A stretch of 64,000 nucleotides of DNA from an uncultured Chloroflexia bacterium (GTDB lineage: Bacteria > Chloroflexota > Limnocylindria > Limnocylindrales > CSP1-4): positions 1,504,001 to 1,568,000 of the forward strand of contig CAWHDR010000001.1 in the NCBI GenBank assembly GCA_963828165.1. Direction: 5' to 3'. The translations under genes were made by a program, and so were the position numbers. Positions within the stretch are counted from its first letter, which is position 1, and each line of letters starts with the position of its first letter. The notes under the pieces are model-generated. The model did not search any database. It was not told the origin of the DNA and was given only the letters and a program-made list of their open reading frames with translations. Below, piece by piece: positions 50,885 through 59,444 of the stretch.

Positions 50885-52077
50885 CGAGCCGGGCCGCCGC
50901 GGACCCAGACGCCGGCAGACGCGGGCCGCACGGCTTGTGCCGCGACGTCGACAAGACTTCGTCCGACAGCGTCGACCTCGACCTGGTCGCGCAGCTGGCC
51001 GGCGAACCGCTCGAGCGTCTGTCGCGCGTCATAGCGCGAGCGATAGAACCGGCGATCCACCATCCTCTGGACGCGCGCTCTCACGGGACCGAACATCGCC
51101 GCGATCACGAGCGTGGATATCGCCACCGGCAGCGTCTCGCCCCCGATGAAGCCGCTCAGGACCGACTGGAGCGCGAGCACCAGCCCGACGTACACCGCGC
51201 CAAGGATCGCGACGAGTGCGCCGTAGATCAGCGTGCGCCGGATGACGAGGTCGATGTCGAACAGCCGGTGCCGCAGGATCCCGATCCCGACACCGATCGG
51301 GAATCCGCTGAGACCGAGTAACGCCAGCGACCAGGCGGCGGTATCGGAGGTCGCGGCGGCGAGGGCGAGTCCCGCGACGAAGATCGCCGCCGGGTACAGC
51401 AGCCACTTGATCTGCTGGCGCTCAAGGCTCCGGCTCCGCCGGAAGCGCACCACGAGTGAGATGACGGCCGCTGCGGCCATCGCGACGAGGGCAAGGCTTC
51501 CCAGCGGCAGGAACGCAGCAAGGGCGTCGGCGAGCGGCCCGCTAACGCCGAATGGGTTCTGGAAAGCGCCCCCGTAACTTTCGAGGGGGCCCGGCTGGAT
51601 CGCCTGCGCCACGATGAGGACCACCGCGACCCCGATCGCGACCCCGACCACCGGTCGCCAGCGGGGTCCCGGCAGCCGGCCGTCTGGAAAGAGCATCACC
51701 GCAAGCGGGAGGGCGATGCCCACGGCGACGTACCAGCTCCAGCCGCCAGCCCAGGCGACGATTTCTGGACCCGGCAGGCTCGCTCCGGTAAAGGCCACGC
51801 GACCGGCGTACTCGGTGGCGACGATGGCGAGCGAGATGGCGATCCCGACTACCAGGAACAGCCAGCCGACCGGGTTGGCCGGCCGCATCCAGGCGATGGC
51901 GAGCCCGACGCCCGGAAAAGTAATGAAGATCACGGAGATGATCAGGACGTCGATGAAGCTCGGCCGGTCCGGGATCTGCTCGTTGCCGGGCAGCACCAGC
52001 GAGACGAGCCCGGACACATCCATCGCGAGACAAGCGATGAAGAGCAGCAGGGCGAACAGACGCCCGGTCCGTATCAT
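50881..52077 (-). CDS. paralogous multi-pass membrane receptor-like protein with partial GAF tail
   Basis: RPANPVGWL, LFPDGRLPGPRWR, ERQQIKW, ILRHRLFDID, VDRRFYRSRYDARQTLERFAGQLRDQVEVDAVGRSLVDVAAQAVRPASAGVWVR. ATGA-coupled on both sides. Confidence 0.8.
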   Translation of the reverse strand: MIRTGRLFALLLFIACLAMDVSGLVSLVLPGNEQIPDRPSFIDVLIISVIFITFPGVGLAIAWMRPANPVGWLFLVVGIAISLAIVATEYAGRVAFTGASLPGPEIVAWAGGWSWYVAVGIALPLAVMLFPDGRLPGPRWRPVVGVAIGVAVVLIVAQAIQPGPLESYGGAFQNPFGVSGPLADALAAFLPLGSLALVAMAAAAVISLVVRFRRSRSLERQQIKWLLYPAAIFVAGLALAAATSDTAAWSLALLGLSGFPIGVGIGILRHRLFDIDLVIRRTLIYGALVAILGAVYVGLVLALQSVLSGFIGGETLPVAISTLVIAAMFGPVRARVQRMVDRRFYRSRYDARQTLERFAGQLRDQVEVDAVGRSLVDVAAQAVRPASAGVWVRGGPAR

Positions 52078-52424
52078 CCGAGCCGCAGCGCCTCTTCCTC
52101 GCTGTCGACCACACCGATCGCCTCATCGAGGCGAGTAAGCGACAGGATCTCGCGGTAGTGCTCTGACAGTCCGAAGGCCATCAGCCGCTGGCGCTGACGC
52201 TGGGCCCGGACGAGCAACGTGACGAGCAGGCCGATGCCCGTGCTGTTCATGTACTCGAGCTCGCTGAAGTCGAGGACCACGACCCGTGTCGAGGGGTCGG
52301 CGGCGCGGCCATAGGCATCCATCAATGCGGCGTCCGTCGTTCCGGTCAGCTCGCCTCGGATCGCGATGATCGCAGCGCGCTCGCTGGGTCGACGGACCTC
52401 CAGGACGGTCTCGGTGTCGGGCAT
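52074..52424 (-). CDS. STAS-domain anti-sigma-factor antagonist
   Basis: IRGELT...VVLDFSELEYMNSTGIGLLV...EILSLTRLD. GGAGGAG Shine-Dalgarno before ATG 52424. Confidence 0.9.
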   Translation of the reverse strand: MPDTETVLEVRRPSERAAIIAIRGELTGTTDAALMDAYGRAADPSTRVVVLDFSELEYMNSTGIGLLVTLLVRAQRQRQRLMAFGLSEHYREILSLTRLDEAIGVVDSEEEALRLG

Positions 52425-52455
52425 GGCGGTGCTCCTCCGCTGGGCTGCGTCGTGA

Positions 52456-52791
52456 TCAGACACGGGCCGCGGCCCGGTCGGGATGCAACGTCACGAAATC
52501 GGCGAGCCGGGTGATCTCGAAGATCTCCCGGTAGTGATCGCTGAGCCCGAAGGCGTGCACGTCGCACCGATCGGCGCGGGCGCGAGCGAGGAGCTGGACG
52601 ATGACCGCCAGCCCGGTGCTGTTGATGTACTCGGTGCCACCGAAGTCGAGAACGACCCGATCGACGCCCGAGGCCGCCTGGGCCCACGCCTCGAGCAGGG
52701 CCGTCTCCGCGTCCCCGTCGATCTGTCCGACGAGTTCGATGACGGGTGCGTCGCCCTCGGTCCGGACGCTGGCGTTGAATCGGTCGGTCAC
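52456..52791 (-). CDS. STAS-domain anti-sigma-factor antagonist
   Basis: LVGQIDG...VVLDFGGTEYINSTGLAVIV...EIFEITRL. GTGA overlap with upstream gene. Confidence 0.9.
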   Translation of the reverse strand: MTDRFNASVRTEGDAPVIELVGQIDGDAETALLEAWAQAASGVDRVVLDFGGTEYINSTGLAVIVQLLARARADRCDVHAFGLSDHYREIFEITRLADFVTLHPDRAAARV

Positions 52792-54356
52792 GATGGTGCC
52801 TCCTCGAGGTGGAGTACGAGCTCGGCGGTGTGGTAGCGGCCGTCGGATGTGACGCGGACCGCGTCGACCATCTGCTGGATCAGGAAGATGCCCCACCCCC
52901 GCGGCTTCTGATCGCCGGCCAGCTTGGCCGCGACGTCGGGGGTCTCGACGATCGGGATGGCCTGGTCGCCGCCCTCATCCCGGATGCGGACGACGAGGTC
53001 CCGGCCCTCGACACCGGCCGTCACGCGGACGGGGATCTCGGGCCGGTTATGGTTGCCATGCTCGATCGCATTCATCGTGGCCTCGGCGACCGCGGTCTTG
53101 AGCTTCTCGAGGGTCGGCGTCGCCAGTCCGAGCGGCGCCACGGCCGCCGCCACGCGGTCCATCGCTTCGCGTTCACGGCCGGGCTCGCTTGGCAGCTCGA
53201 ACTCCGTGAGCAGCCCGTCGTCGTGCCAGCCGATGGAGACAAGGGTGATGTCGTCCTCCTGCTCCCAGTCCGGGCCAGTGAACCGTTCCAGCTCAGCGAG
53301 GACCGCCAGGAGCAGGCGGTCGCCGCCATCCGCTCGGGCGATGACGTCGCGAAGTCGGGGGATCCCGAACATCTCGTGGTCGCGCCCGTGGGCCTCGGCG
53401 ATCCCGTCCGACGAGAGGACGAGCTGGTCGCCGCGGGCCAGGCGGGTTTCAGTCTCCGTGTAGCGCATCCCGGGCATCAGTCCGAGCGGCATGCCCGTGG
53501 CCCGCAGCTCCTCCGCGCCCGTCGACGACCGGACGATCGGGAGGTTGTGTCCGGCGTTCGCGAAGCGGATCAGGCCGGTCGCCGGGTCAAGCACGCCATA
53601 GAGGCAGGTGACGAACATCCGCGGGGGCATATCGGCCTGGAGCAGGTCATTGGCGCGCGCCAGGACCTCGCCGGGCGACGCGGCTTCCTGGCCGGCGGCG
53701 CGGAGGAACGATCGTGTGGCCGCCATCACCATCGCCGCGGGAACGCCCTTGTCCGTGACATCCCCAACCGCGAACGCCAGGGTCCCGTCGCTGCGCTCGA
53801 CGAAGTCGTAGAAGTCGCCCCCGACCGCCCTGGCCGGACGGTAGTGGGCCTGGACGCTCCAGCCCGACGGCTGCGGCAGCACCAGCGGGAGGAAGTGCTG
53901 CTGGATCAGCTGGGCGACCTGGAGCTCGTGCTCGAAGCGTTCTCGCTTGACCGCCTCCGCTTCCTGCTCGCTCACGAGCTGGGCGATCCGGAGCGCCGGC
54001 GCAGCCTGCGCGGCCAGGCTCTCGAGCAGCTTCCGATCGTCGGCCGAGTAGTCCTGGTCCGAGAGTCGGGGGCCGAGGTTGAGCGACCCGACCAGCTCGC
54101 CGTGGGTGATGAGCGGGACGACGAGCGAGACGCCCGCCGCGCGCCATGCACGCAACGCCGGGGAGTCAAGTTCGAGGCCGTCGAGGTCGACCGCGCCGTG
54201 CGCCGCCTCGAGGTAGGGGAGCAGCGGGTCGTTCTCGGCGATCGGCAGTGGAGAGGTCGCGTCGGACGGCCGTTCCACCGCGAGATCGGGCGGGACGCTC
54301 GCGGCCACACTGCCGCGCCCGATGGCGCGGCGCAGGGCGCCGCCGATCAGGGTCAT
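52788..54356 (-). CDS. partial GAF + SpoIIE/PP2C phosphatase + RsbW-like HATPase (anti-sigma kinase) fusion
   Basis: Half-GAF VSLVVPLITHGELVGSLNLGPRLSDQDYSADDRKLLESLAAQAA. PP2C VGGDFYD, VGDVTDKG, NAGHN, SSDGIAEA, QEDDIT. Kinase EATMNAIEHG, RDEG, RGWGIFLI. Confidence 0.9.
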   Translation of the reverse strand: MTLIGGALRRAIGRGSVAASVPPDLAVERPSDATSPLPIAENDPLLPYLEAAHGAVDLDGLELDSPALRAWRAAGVSLVVPLITHGELVGSLNLGPRLSDQDYSADDRKLLESLAAQAAPALRIAQLVSEQEAEAVKRERFEHELQVAQLIQQHFLPLVLPQPSGWSVQAHYRPARAVGGDFYDFVERSDGTLAFAVGDVTDKGVPAAMVMAATRSFLRAAGQEAASPGEVLARANDLLQADMPPRMFVTCLYGVLDPATGLIRFANAGHNLPIVRSSTGAEELRATGMPLGLMPGMRYTETETRLARGDQLVLSSDGIAEAHGRDHEMFGIPRLRDVIARADGGDRLLLAVLAELERFTGPDWEQEDDITLVSIGWHDDGLLTEFELPSEPGREREAMDRVAAAVAPLGLATPTLEKLKTAVAEATMNAIEHGNHNRPEIPVRVTAGVEGRDLVVRIRDEGGDQAIPIVETPDVAAKLAGDQKPRGWGIFLIQQMVDAVRVTSDGRYHTAELVLHLEEAPS

Positions 54357-54424
54357 GCGTGGCCGTCCGGTGTCGCGATCCGCTTCATCGTGGTCATCCT
54401 CATCGACCATCATTCCGAGATCGT

Positions 54425-54458
54425 TACGATGCAACCCCGCCCGGCGCGGCACAAGGAG
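54425..54458 (+). promoter_or_regulatory. putative -10 box and Shine-Dalgarno for the BTAD regulator
   Basis: TACGAT at 54425-54430. AAGGAG at 54453-54458, 7 nt before in-frame CTG 54466. Confidence 0.45.
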
Positions 54459-54465
54459 CGACGGT

Positions 54466-56490
54466 CTGACGCTGCGTATCACCCTCCTCGGGCCACCTGA
54501 CGTCCGCATCGACGGCGACCCTCTCCTCGTCGACACGCGAAAGGCGGTGGCGCTGCTCGCCTACGTGGCCATGGTCGGCCGACCGGTCGCCCGCGCGTCC
54601 CTGGTCGACCTGCTCTGGCCGGACGCCGAGCCCGACTCGGGCAGCGGGTCGCTGCGGCGGACCCTCAGCGTCCTGCGATCGGGTCTGGGCGGACGTTGGC
54701 TTGCGGTCGATCGGCGTCAGGTCGCCCTGGCCGGGGAGGAGATCACGCTGGACGTCTCGGTGGCGCGCACCGTGTTCGCGGCTGCGTCGCACGATCACGG
54801 ACCAGGGGAGGCGTGCCCGTCCTGTCGTCGCACGTTGGCGCGCGGGGCGGCCCTCTTCCGCGGCGAGTTCCTCGAAGGGTTCGCCCTGCGCGATAGCGCC
54901 TCCTTCGACGAGTGGCAGACCCTGGAGGCGGAGGCGCTTCGTGGTGAGCACGGGCGAGCGCTCCTGCGTCTCGTCGCACTCGAGGCGGCGGAGGGGAGAT
55001 TCACACACGCCATCGCCACGGGACGGCGGCTCGTGGCGCTCGACCCGCTCGATGAACGAGGGCATCGGGCGTTGATGCGAGTCCACGCGGATGCGGGCGA
55101 TCGGCACGCCGCGGTTCGCGTCTACGACGAGTGCGTCCGGATCCTCGCAACCGAGCTCGGTGTCGCGCCAGACGCCGAGACCACTTCGTTGCACGAGGAC
55201 ATCCGCTCCGGACGTTTCGAAGCGAGGTCCGCGACCGTTCGCCCGACGCCCGCCCCGGCTCCCGCACCCACGTCGGCGTTCGCCGGGCTCGACGCCGTCA
55301 CGAGGGACGTCCTCGCCGCCGCCGCCATCGTCGGGCGGGAGGTAGACCCGGACATCGTGGTTGACGTCGCGGGCCACGGCGAGGCCGACGTGGCAGGCGC
55401 GATCGATCTCCTCGTCGGCGGTGGGATCCTGGCGGAGACCGGCCAGGAGCAGCGCGACTCCTACCGCTTTCGAGACGACCTCATCCGGACCGCAGTCCTG
55501 GAGGAGCTCGGATCGGCCCGGCGACGCGCCCTGCATCGCCGCGCTGCGACCATCCTTGCGACCCGGTTCGATCGTGCCACCGGGGACGGATGGATCGCGG
55601 CGCGCATCGCCGAGCACCTCGCGGCAGGTGCTCGTCCCCTCGAGGCCGCCGCATTCCATCGACGCGCCGCGGAAGCCGCGCGTCGGATCTCCGACCATGG
55701 GCTGGCCGCCGAACAGTTCCGGGCCGCACTCCTGCTGGGCGACCCCGAGCAGGCCGAGCTCTACGCCGCGATCGGCGATGCCGAGACCTTGCTGGGGCGC
55801 TACGGGGAGGCGCTGGCCGCGTACGAGCTCGGGGCCGCGCTCGCCCAGGCGGCTGAGGTCCCTGCCTTCGAGCTCAGGCTCGGCAGCCTGCACCTGCGAC
55901 GCGGTGCCCTTGAGCTCGCGGAACTCCACCTTGCCGCCGCGCTGGTTCGGATCGGCGAAGCGCCGTCCCCCACTCGAGCACGAGTCCTCACCGAATATGG
56001 TCTCGTGGCCGTGCGCCGAGGCGACGAATCGACCGCCCGCGAACTGGCCGACGAAGCGTTGACGATCGCTCGGGCAAGCGCGGACTCGCAGTCGGAGGCA
56101 CACGCGGAGAATCTCCTCGCGATGCTGGCGCGCCGCTCGGGCGATGGCGAGGCGGCCCGCCAGCACCTGCGGCGGAGCCTGGAACGTGCCGGTGTCGCTG
56201 ACGATCCCTCGGCACGCCTCGGGGCGCTCAACAATCTCGCGCTCCTGGAACGGGCGGCCGGGAATCTCGAAACCGCACTCGATCTCACGGACGAAGCGCT
56301 GCGTCGCTGCGTGTTCATCGGGGATCGTCACCGCGAGGCCGCGCTGCGCAACAACCGCGCCGACCTTCTGCACGCCATGGGTCGACCAGCCGAGGCGGCC
56401 GAGGAGCTCGTCCGCTCGGTCACTGCATTCGGGGAGGTCGGCGATCGAGCGGGCCTTCAGCCCGAGATCTGGAAGCTCGTGGACTGGTGA
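54466..56490 (+). CDS. SARP/AfsR-like regulator: wHTH + BTAD + TPR, lacking a P-loop ATPase domain
   Basis: LRITLLGPP, RKAVALLAYV, LLWPDA, FRGEFLEGF, LDPLDERGHRALM, ELGVAPDAET, TPR tail. Start is uncertain: CTG 54466 proposed, ORF track gives 54322. Confidence 0.85.
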   Translation: MTLRITLLGPPDVRIDGDPLLVDTRKAVALLAYVAMVGRPVARASLVDLLWPDAEPDSGSGSLRRTLSVLRSGLGGRWLAVDRRQVALAGEEITLDVSVARTVFAAASHDHGPGEACPSCRRTLARGAALFRGEFLEGFALRDSASFDEWQTLEAEALRGEHGRALLRLVALEAAEGRFTHAIATGRRLVALDPLDERGHRALMRVHADAGDRHAAVRVYDECVRILATELGVAPDAETTSLHEDIRSGRFEARSATVRPTPAPAPAPTSAFAGLDAVTRDVLAAAAIVGREVDPDIVVDVAGHGEADVAGAIDLLVGGGILAETGQEQRDSYRFRDDLIRTAVLEELGSARRRALHRRAATILATRFDRATGDGWIAARIAEHLAAGARPLEAAAFHRRAAEAARRISDHGLAAEQFRAALLLGDPEQAELYAAIGDAETLLGRYGEALAAYELGAALAQAAEVPAFELRLGSLHLRRGALELAELHLAAALVRIGEAPSPTRARVLTEYGLVAVRRGDESTARELADEALTIARASADSQSEAHAENLLAMLARRSGDGEAARQHLRRSLERAGVADDPSARLGALNNLALLERAAGNLETALDLTDEALRRCVFIGDRHREAALRNNRADLLHAMGRPAEAAEELVRSVTAFGEVGDRAGLQPEIWKLVDW

Positions 56491-56514
56491 GCGGCCGACG
56501 GCCGGACGCCGCTC
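56489..56514. terminator. short hairpin between convergent genes
   Basis: GAGCGGC...GCCGCTC, a 7-bp stem. Confidence 0.35.
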
Positions 56515-56515
56515 C

Positions 56516-57964
56516 CTAGGCAGGCGCCACGACGAACGGCTGGCCAGCCCGGAATTCCATGTCCGGCGAGGCGCCGATCATGCAGACCGGCCCGTAGGCC
56601 CCGGCCTCGAGCGACACCGAGCTCGTGATGGACCCGCCCGCGCCGGGCTCGTCGGAGGCGCCGCCGGCGTCGATGATCCAGTCGGGCAACACGTCGGTCT
56701 CGACATCGATCGTGGGCAGCAGGGCCGCCACGTCCTCCCACGTGTGCGGCTGGCGCACGCCCACGATCCGAACGGCCGCCGGATCGCCGGTCGTGTTCTC
56801 GAACGTCAATGCGGCCAGGCCGGGTTTCAGGCCGCCGGGCATCTCGAAGGTGCAGGCCGCGCCGTCCCAACGGACCGTGAGCTGACCCGCTAGGTCGAAT
56901 GGGGACACCCGATCTCCACCGACCCCCAGGGCCTCGATGAGGGCCGTCTCGACCGCCTCGCGATCCGCGGCGGTCGCGAACGCCACCGGCCGGCCGGCGT
57001 CCTGCCGGCTGACCCGCCCGGTCTCGTCGACGAGCAGGAGCGCGTCCTCCCAGGTGACGAGGTCGGGTGAGCTCACGGTCAGCGCCGCGAGCTCGTCCCA
57101 GAGTTGCTGGCCTTCGCCGGTCAGGCGGGTCGGGACACGGGCAAGGAGCTCGAAGACGAGGTCGGCGCCGGCCGTCGGCCGGTGCTCGGTCAGGCGTTCG
57201 GGCAGGTCGGGTGGGATCGGCACGTCGGCGGTCGCATCGAGCGGGACCAGCCTGATCGGTGTCGCGGTGTCGAAGATCGCGCTCACCGCCGAAGGGTCGG
57301 CGGCGAGGTTCCATTCGAGGCTGTCGTCGGCCGTGACCCCGTCGACGATGACGTTGCCGGGAACGTCGATCGCGCCACCCATCGCGTGGATCGCCGCGAT
57401 CCGGTCTGCGACCGTCGGGTCGGCGATGACGGCGTCCTCGAGGTTGGTCCAGGGACCCAGGGCCACGACCGTCGGTGAGCTCGGGCTTGCGTCCACGGCG
57501 GCGGTCAAGAGGCTCGCCGCGTCCTCCGCGACGCCTGTGTTCGACGGCGCCGGCATCTCCATCCCCCAACCCTCGTCCGCGTTGAGGCGCCACTCGTCGG
57601 GGAATCGTTGGCCGTCGGGTCCCGGGTCCACCCGACCGCAGGCGAACGGGATCGCGCCGGCCCCGAACTCCTCGAGCACGTACTGCACGATCTGGCGGCC
57701 CGAGGCGCAGTTCGTCACGCCTGTCCCGGTCGGGACGATGGTGATGGCGCGTACGTCGACGCGGGGGTCGCGCAACAGCACGGCCAGCGCCGCCATGTCG
57801 CTGACGTCGACGTCCGTGTCGACGATGATCGGGATGCGTGTCGTGGGTGGATCGCCGGTGACCAGCGGCGGCTCGGTCCCGTCCGTGGCCGCATCGCAGG
57901 CGCCCACGAGCCCGGCCAGGACGACGACGACGACCGCGCCCGCGCGAGCCCGACGGGAAGGCAT
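56516..57964 (-). CDS. nucleoside hydrolase-family lipoprotein with C-terminal extra domain
   Basis: Lipobox LVGA-C, IIVDTDVDVSDMAAL, ALGPWTNL, MGGA...GNV, EWNLAADP, VPLDAT, LWDELAA. TACCAT-N7-ATG start. Confidence 0.8.
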   Translation of the reverse strand: MPSRRARAGAVVVVVLAGLVGACDAATDGTEPPLVTGDPPTTRIPIIVDTDVDVSDMAALAVLLRDPRVDVRAITIVPTGTGVTNCASGRQIVQYVLEEFGAGAIPFACGRVDPGPDGQRFPDEWRLNADEGWGMEMPAPSNTGVAEDAASLLTAAVDASPSSPTVVALGPWTNLEDAVIADPTVADRIAAIHAMGGAIDVPGNVIVDGVTADDSLEWNLAADPSAVSAIFDTATPIRLVPLDATADVPIPPDLPERLTEHRPTAGADLVFELLARVPTRLTGEGQQLWDELAALTVSSPDLVTWEDALLLVDETGRVSRQDAGRPVAFATAADREAVETALIEALGVGGDRVSPFDLAGQLTVRWDGAACTFEMPGGLKPGLAALTFENTTGDPAAVRIVGVRQPHTWEDVAALLPTIDVETDVLPDWIIDAGGASDEPGAGGSITSSVSLEAGAYGPVCMIGASPDMEFRAGQPFVVAPA

Positions 57965-58157
57965 GCGCTGCATGGTAGGGCCGCGGCGCCCCCATGGACC
58001 GGCGAACGACGTCAGCCCGCCGCCGGACCCCGATCGAACCAGATCCGCTCCCCGGTGAACCGCTTCGTGGCGGGGCGGACCCACAGGCGTTTGATCCGGC
58101 GCAACTCGTCTGGATCGAATCCGCGGGCCAGCATCGACCGGATGCGTGGCCGGTCGG

Positions 58158-59444
58158 TCACCGGGTCGTGGCGGCCATGCGCTCCAGCGCCTCGAGCGCC
58201 CGGTCGACTTCGGCGGCGGTGTTGTAGTGGACCAGCCCGATCCGCAGCACGCCACCGACCTCGGCCTTGCCGAGCCGCTCGATGAGACCGGTCGCGTAGA
58301 AGTCACCGTCCCACACGTAGATGCCCTCCCGTCCGAGCGCTTCCGCGGCCGCCCGCGGGGCGAGGCCCTCGATCGAAACGGACACGGTCGGCACGCGCTC
58401 CGCCGCGCGGGCAGGGTCGGCGATGCCGTGGATGGTCACGCCTGCGATGGCCCCAAGGCCGGCGATCAACTGGCCCACCAGCTCGCGCTCGTACTCGACG
58501 ATGGCGGTCATCCCCGCAACGAGCTCGCGCCGGCGTTCGCTGGCCTCGCCGGCACCCGGCGCCCCGGCCACGTCGCCGTACGAGCGCCCGACGTCACGCA
58601 GGTAGTCGGTCGCAGCCAGCGTTCCGGCGATCGACTCGAAGGCGGCGGTGCCCGTCTCGAATCGATCGTGCGCAGGGCGCACCTTGAATGCTGGCAGCGA
58701 ATCGAGCACCGCAGCCTTGCCGTATAGCGCGCCGAGGTGCGGACCGAACCACTTGTAGGCGCTGCACACCAGGAAGTCGGTGTCGAGCGCGCGGACATCG
58801 ATCGGCCCGTGGGGCGCGTACGCGACGGCATCGATGTAGGTGAGCGCCCCGACCTCGTGCGCACGCGCGACGATCTCGGCGACTGGATTGATCGCCCCGA
58901 CCGCGTTGCTGGCGTAGCCCACCGCGACGAGCTTCGTTCGCGGCGTGAGCTTGGATTCGAGGTCCTCGAGGTCGAGCGTGACATCGTCCTCGCGGATGTC
59001 GACCTTGCGGACCGTCACCCCGCGGTCGGCGGCCATCGCCTCCCAGGTCGAGACGTTCGCCTCGTGGTCCAGGGTGGTGACGACGATCTCGTCGCCGGGC
59101 CCGAGTGTCGCGCCGATCGAACGTCCGACGTGGAGGGTGAGCGTCGACATGTTGTAACCGAACTTGATCTCGTCCGGGCTCGCGGCACCGAGGAAGTCGG
59201 CCACCGCGGCGTGGGCCTCGTCAGCCATGGCGTCGCTCATCTCGCTGGTGGTGAACGCGCCGCCGCTGTTGGCGTTGGTATTCGTGAAGTACGCGCCGAC
59301 GGCGTCGATCACGCGCTGGGGGACCTGGGTGCCACCAGGACCGTCGAGGAACGCGACGGTCTGGCCGTCCTGCTCCCGGGCGAGAGCCGGGAATTCGGTG
59401 CGCAGGGCATCGACTTCGAAGGCGGGCATCGAGACTCCGTTCAA
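58158..59444 (-). CDS. cysteine desulfurase-like class V PLP enzyme
   Basis: FLDGPGGTQVP, LDHEAN, ASNAVG, IDAVAYAPH, CSAYKWFGPH, RFETGT, RIGLVHYNT. Alternative start at ATG 59429. Confidence 0.92.
   Translation of the reverse strand: MNGVSMPAFEVDALRTEFPALAREQDGQTVAFLDGPGGTQVPQRVIDAVGAYFTNTNANSGGAFTTSEMSDAMADEAHAAVADFLGAASPDEIKFGYNMSTLTLHVGRSIGATLGPGDEIVVTTLDHEANVSTWEAMAADRGVTVRKVDIREDDVTLDLEDLESKLTPRTKLVAVGYASNAVGAINPVAEIVARAHEVGALTYIDAVAYAPHGPIDVRALDTDFLVCSAYKWFGPHLGALYGKAAVLDSLPAFKVRPAHDRFETGTAAFESIAGTLAATDYLRDVGRSYGDVAGAPGAGEASERRRELVAGMTAIVEYERELVGQLIAGLGAIAGVTIHGIADPARAAERVPTVSVSIEGLAPRAAAEALGREGIYVWDGDFYATGLIERLGKAEVGGVLRIGLVHYNTAAEVDRALEALERMAATTR

Noticed and set aside
57980-58157. 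GATC-rich short inverted repeats in the gap before the nucleoside hydrolase
   Set aside because: I could not define a consistent repeated unit, so the signal is too weak to call.
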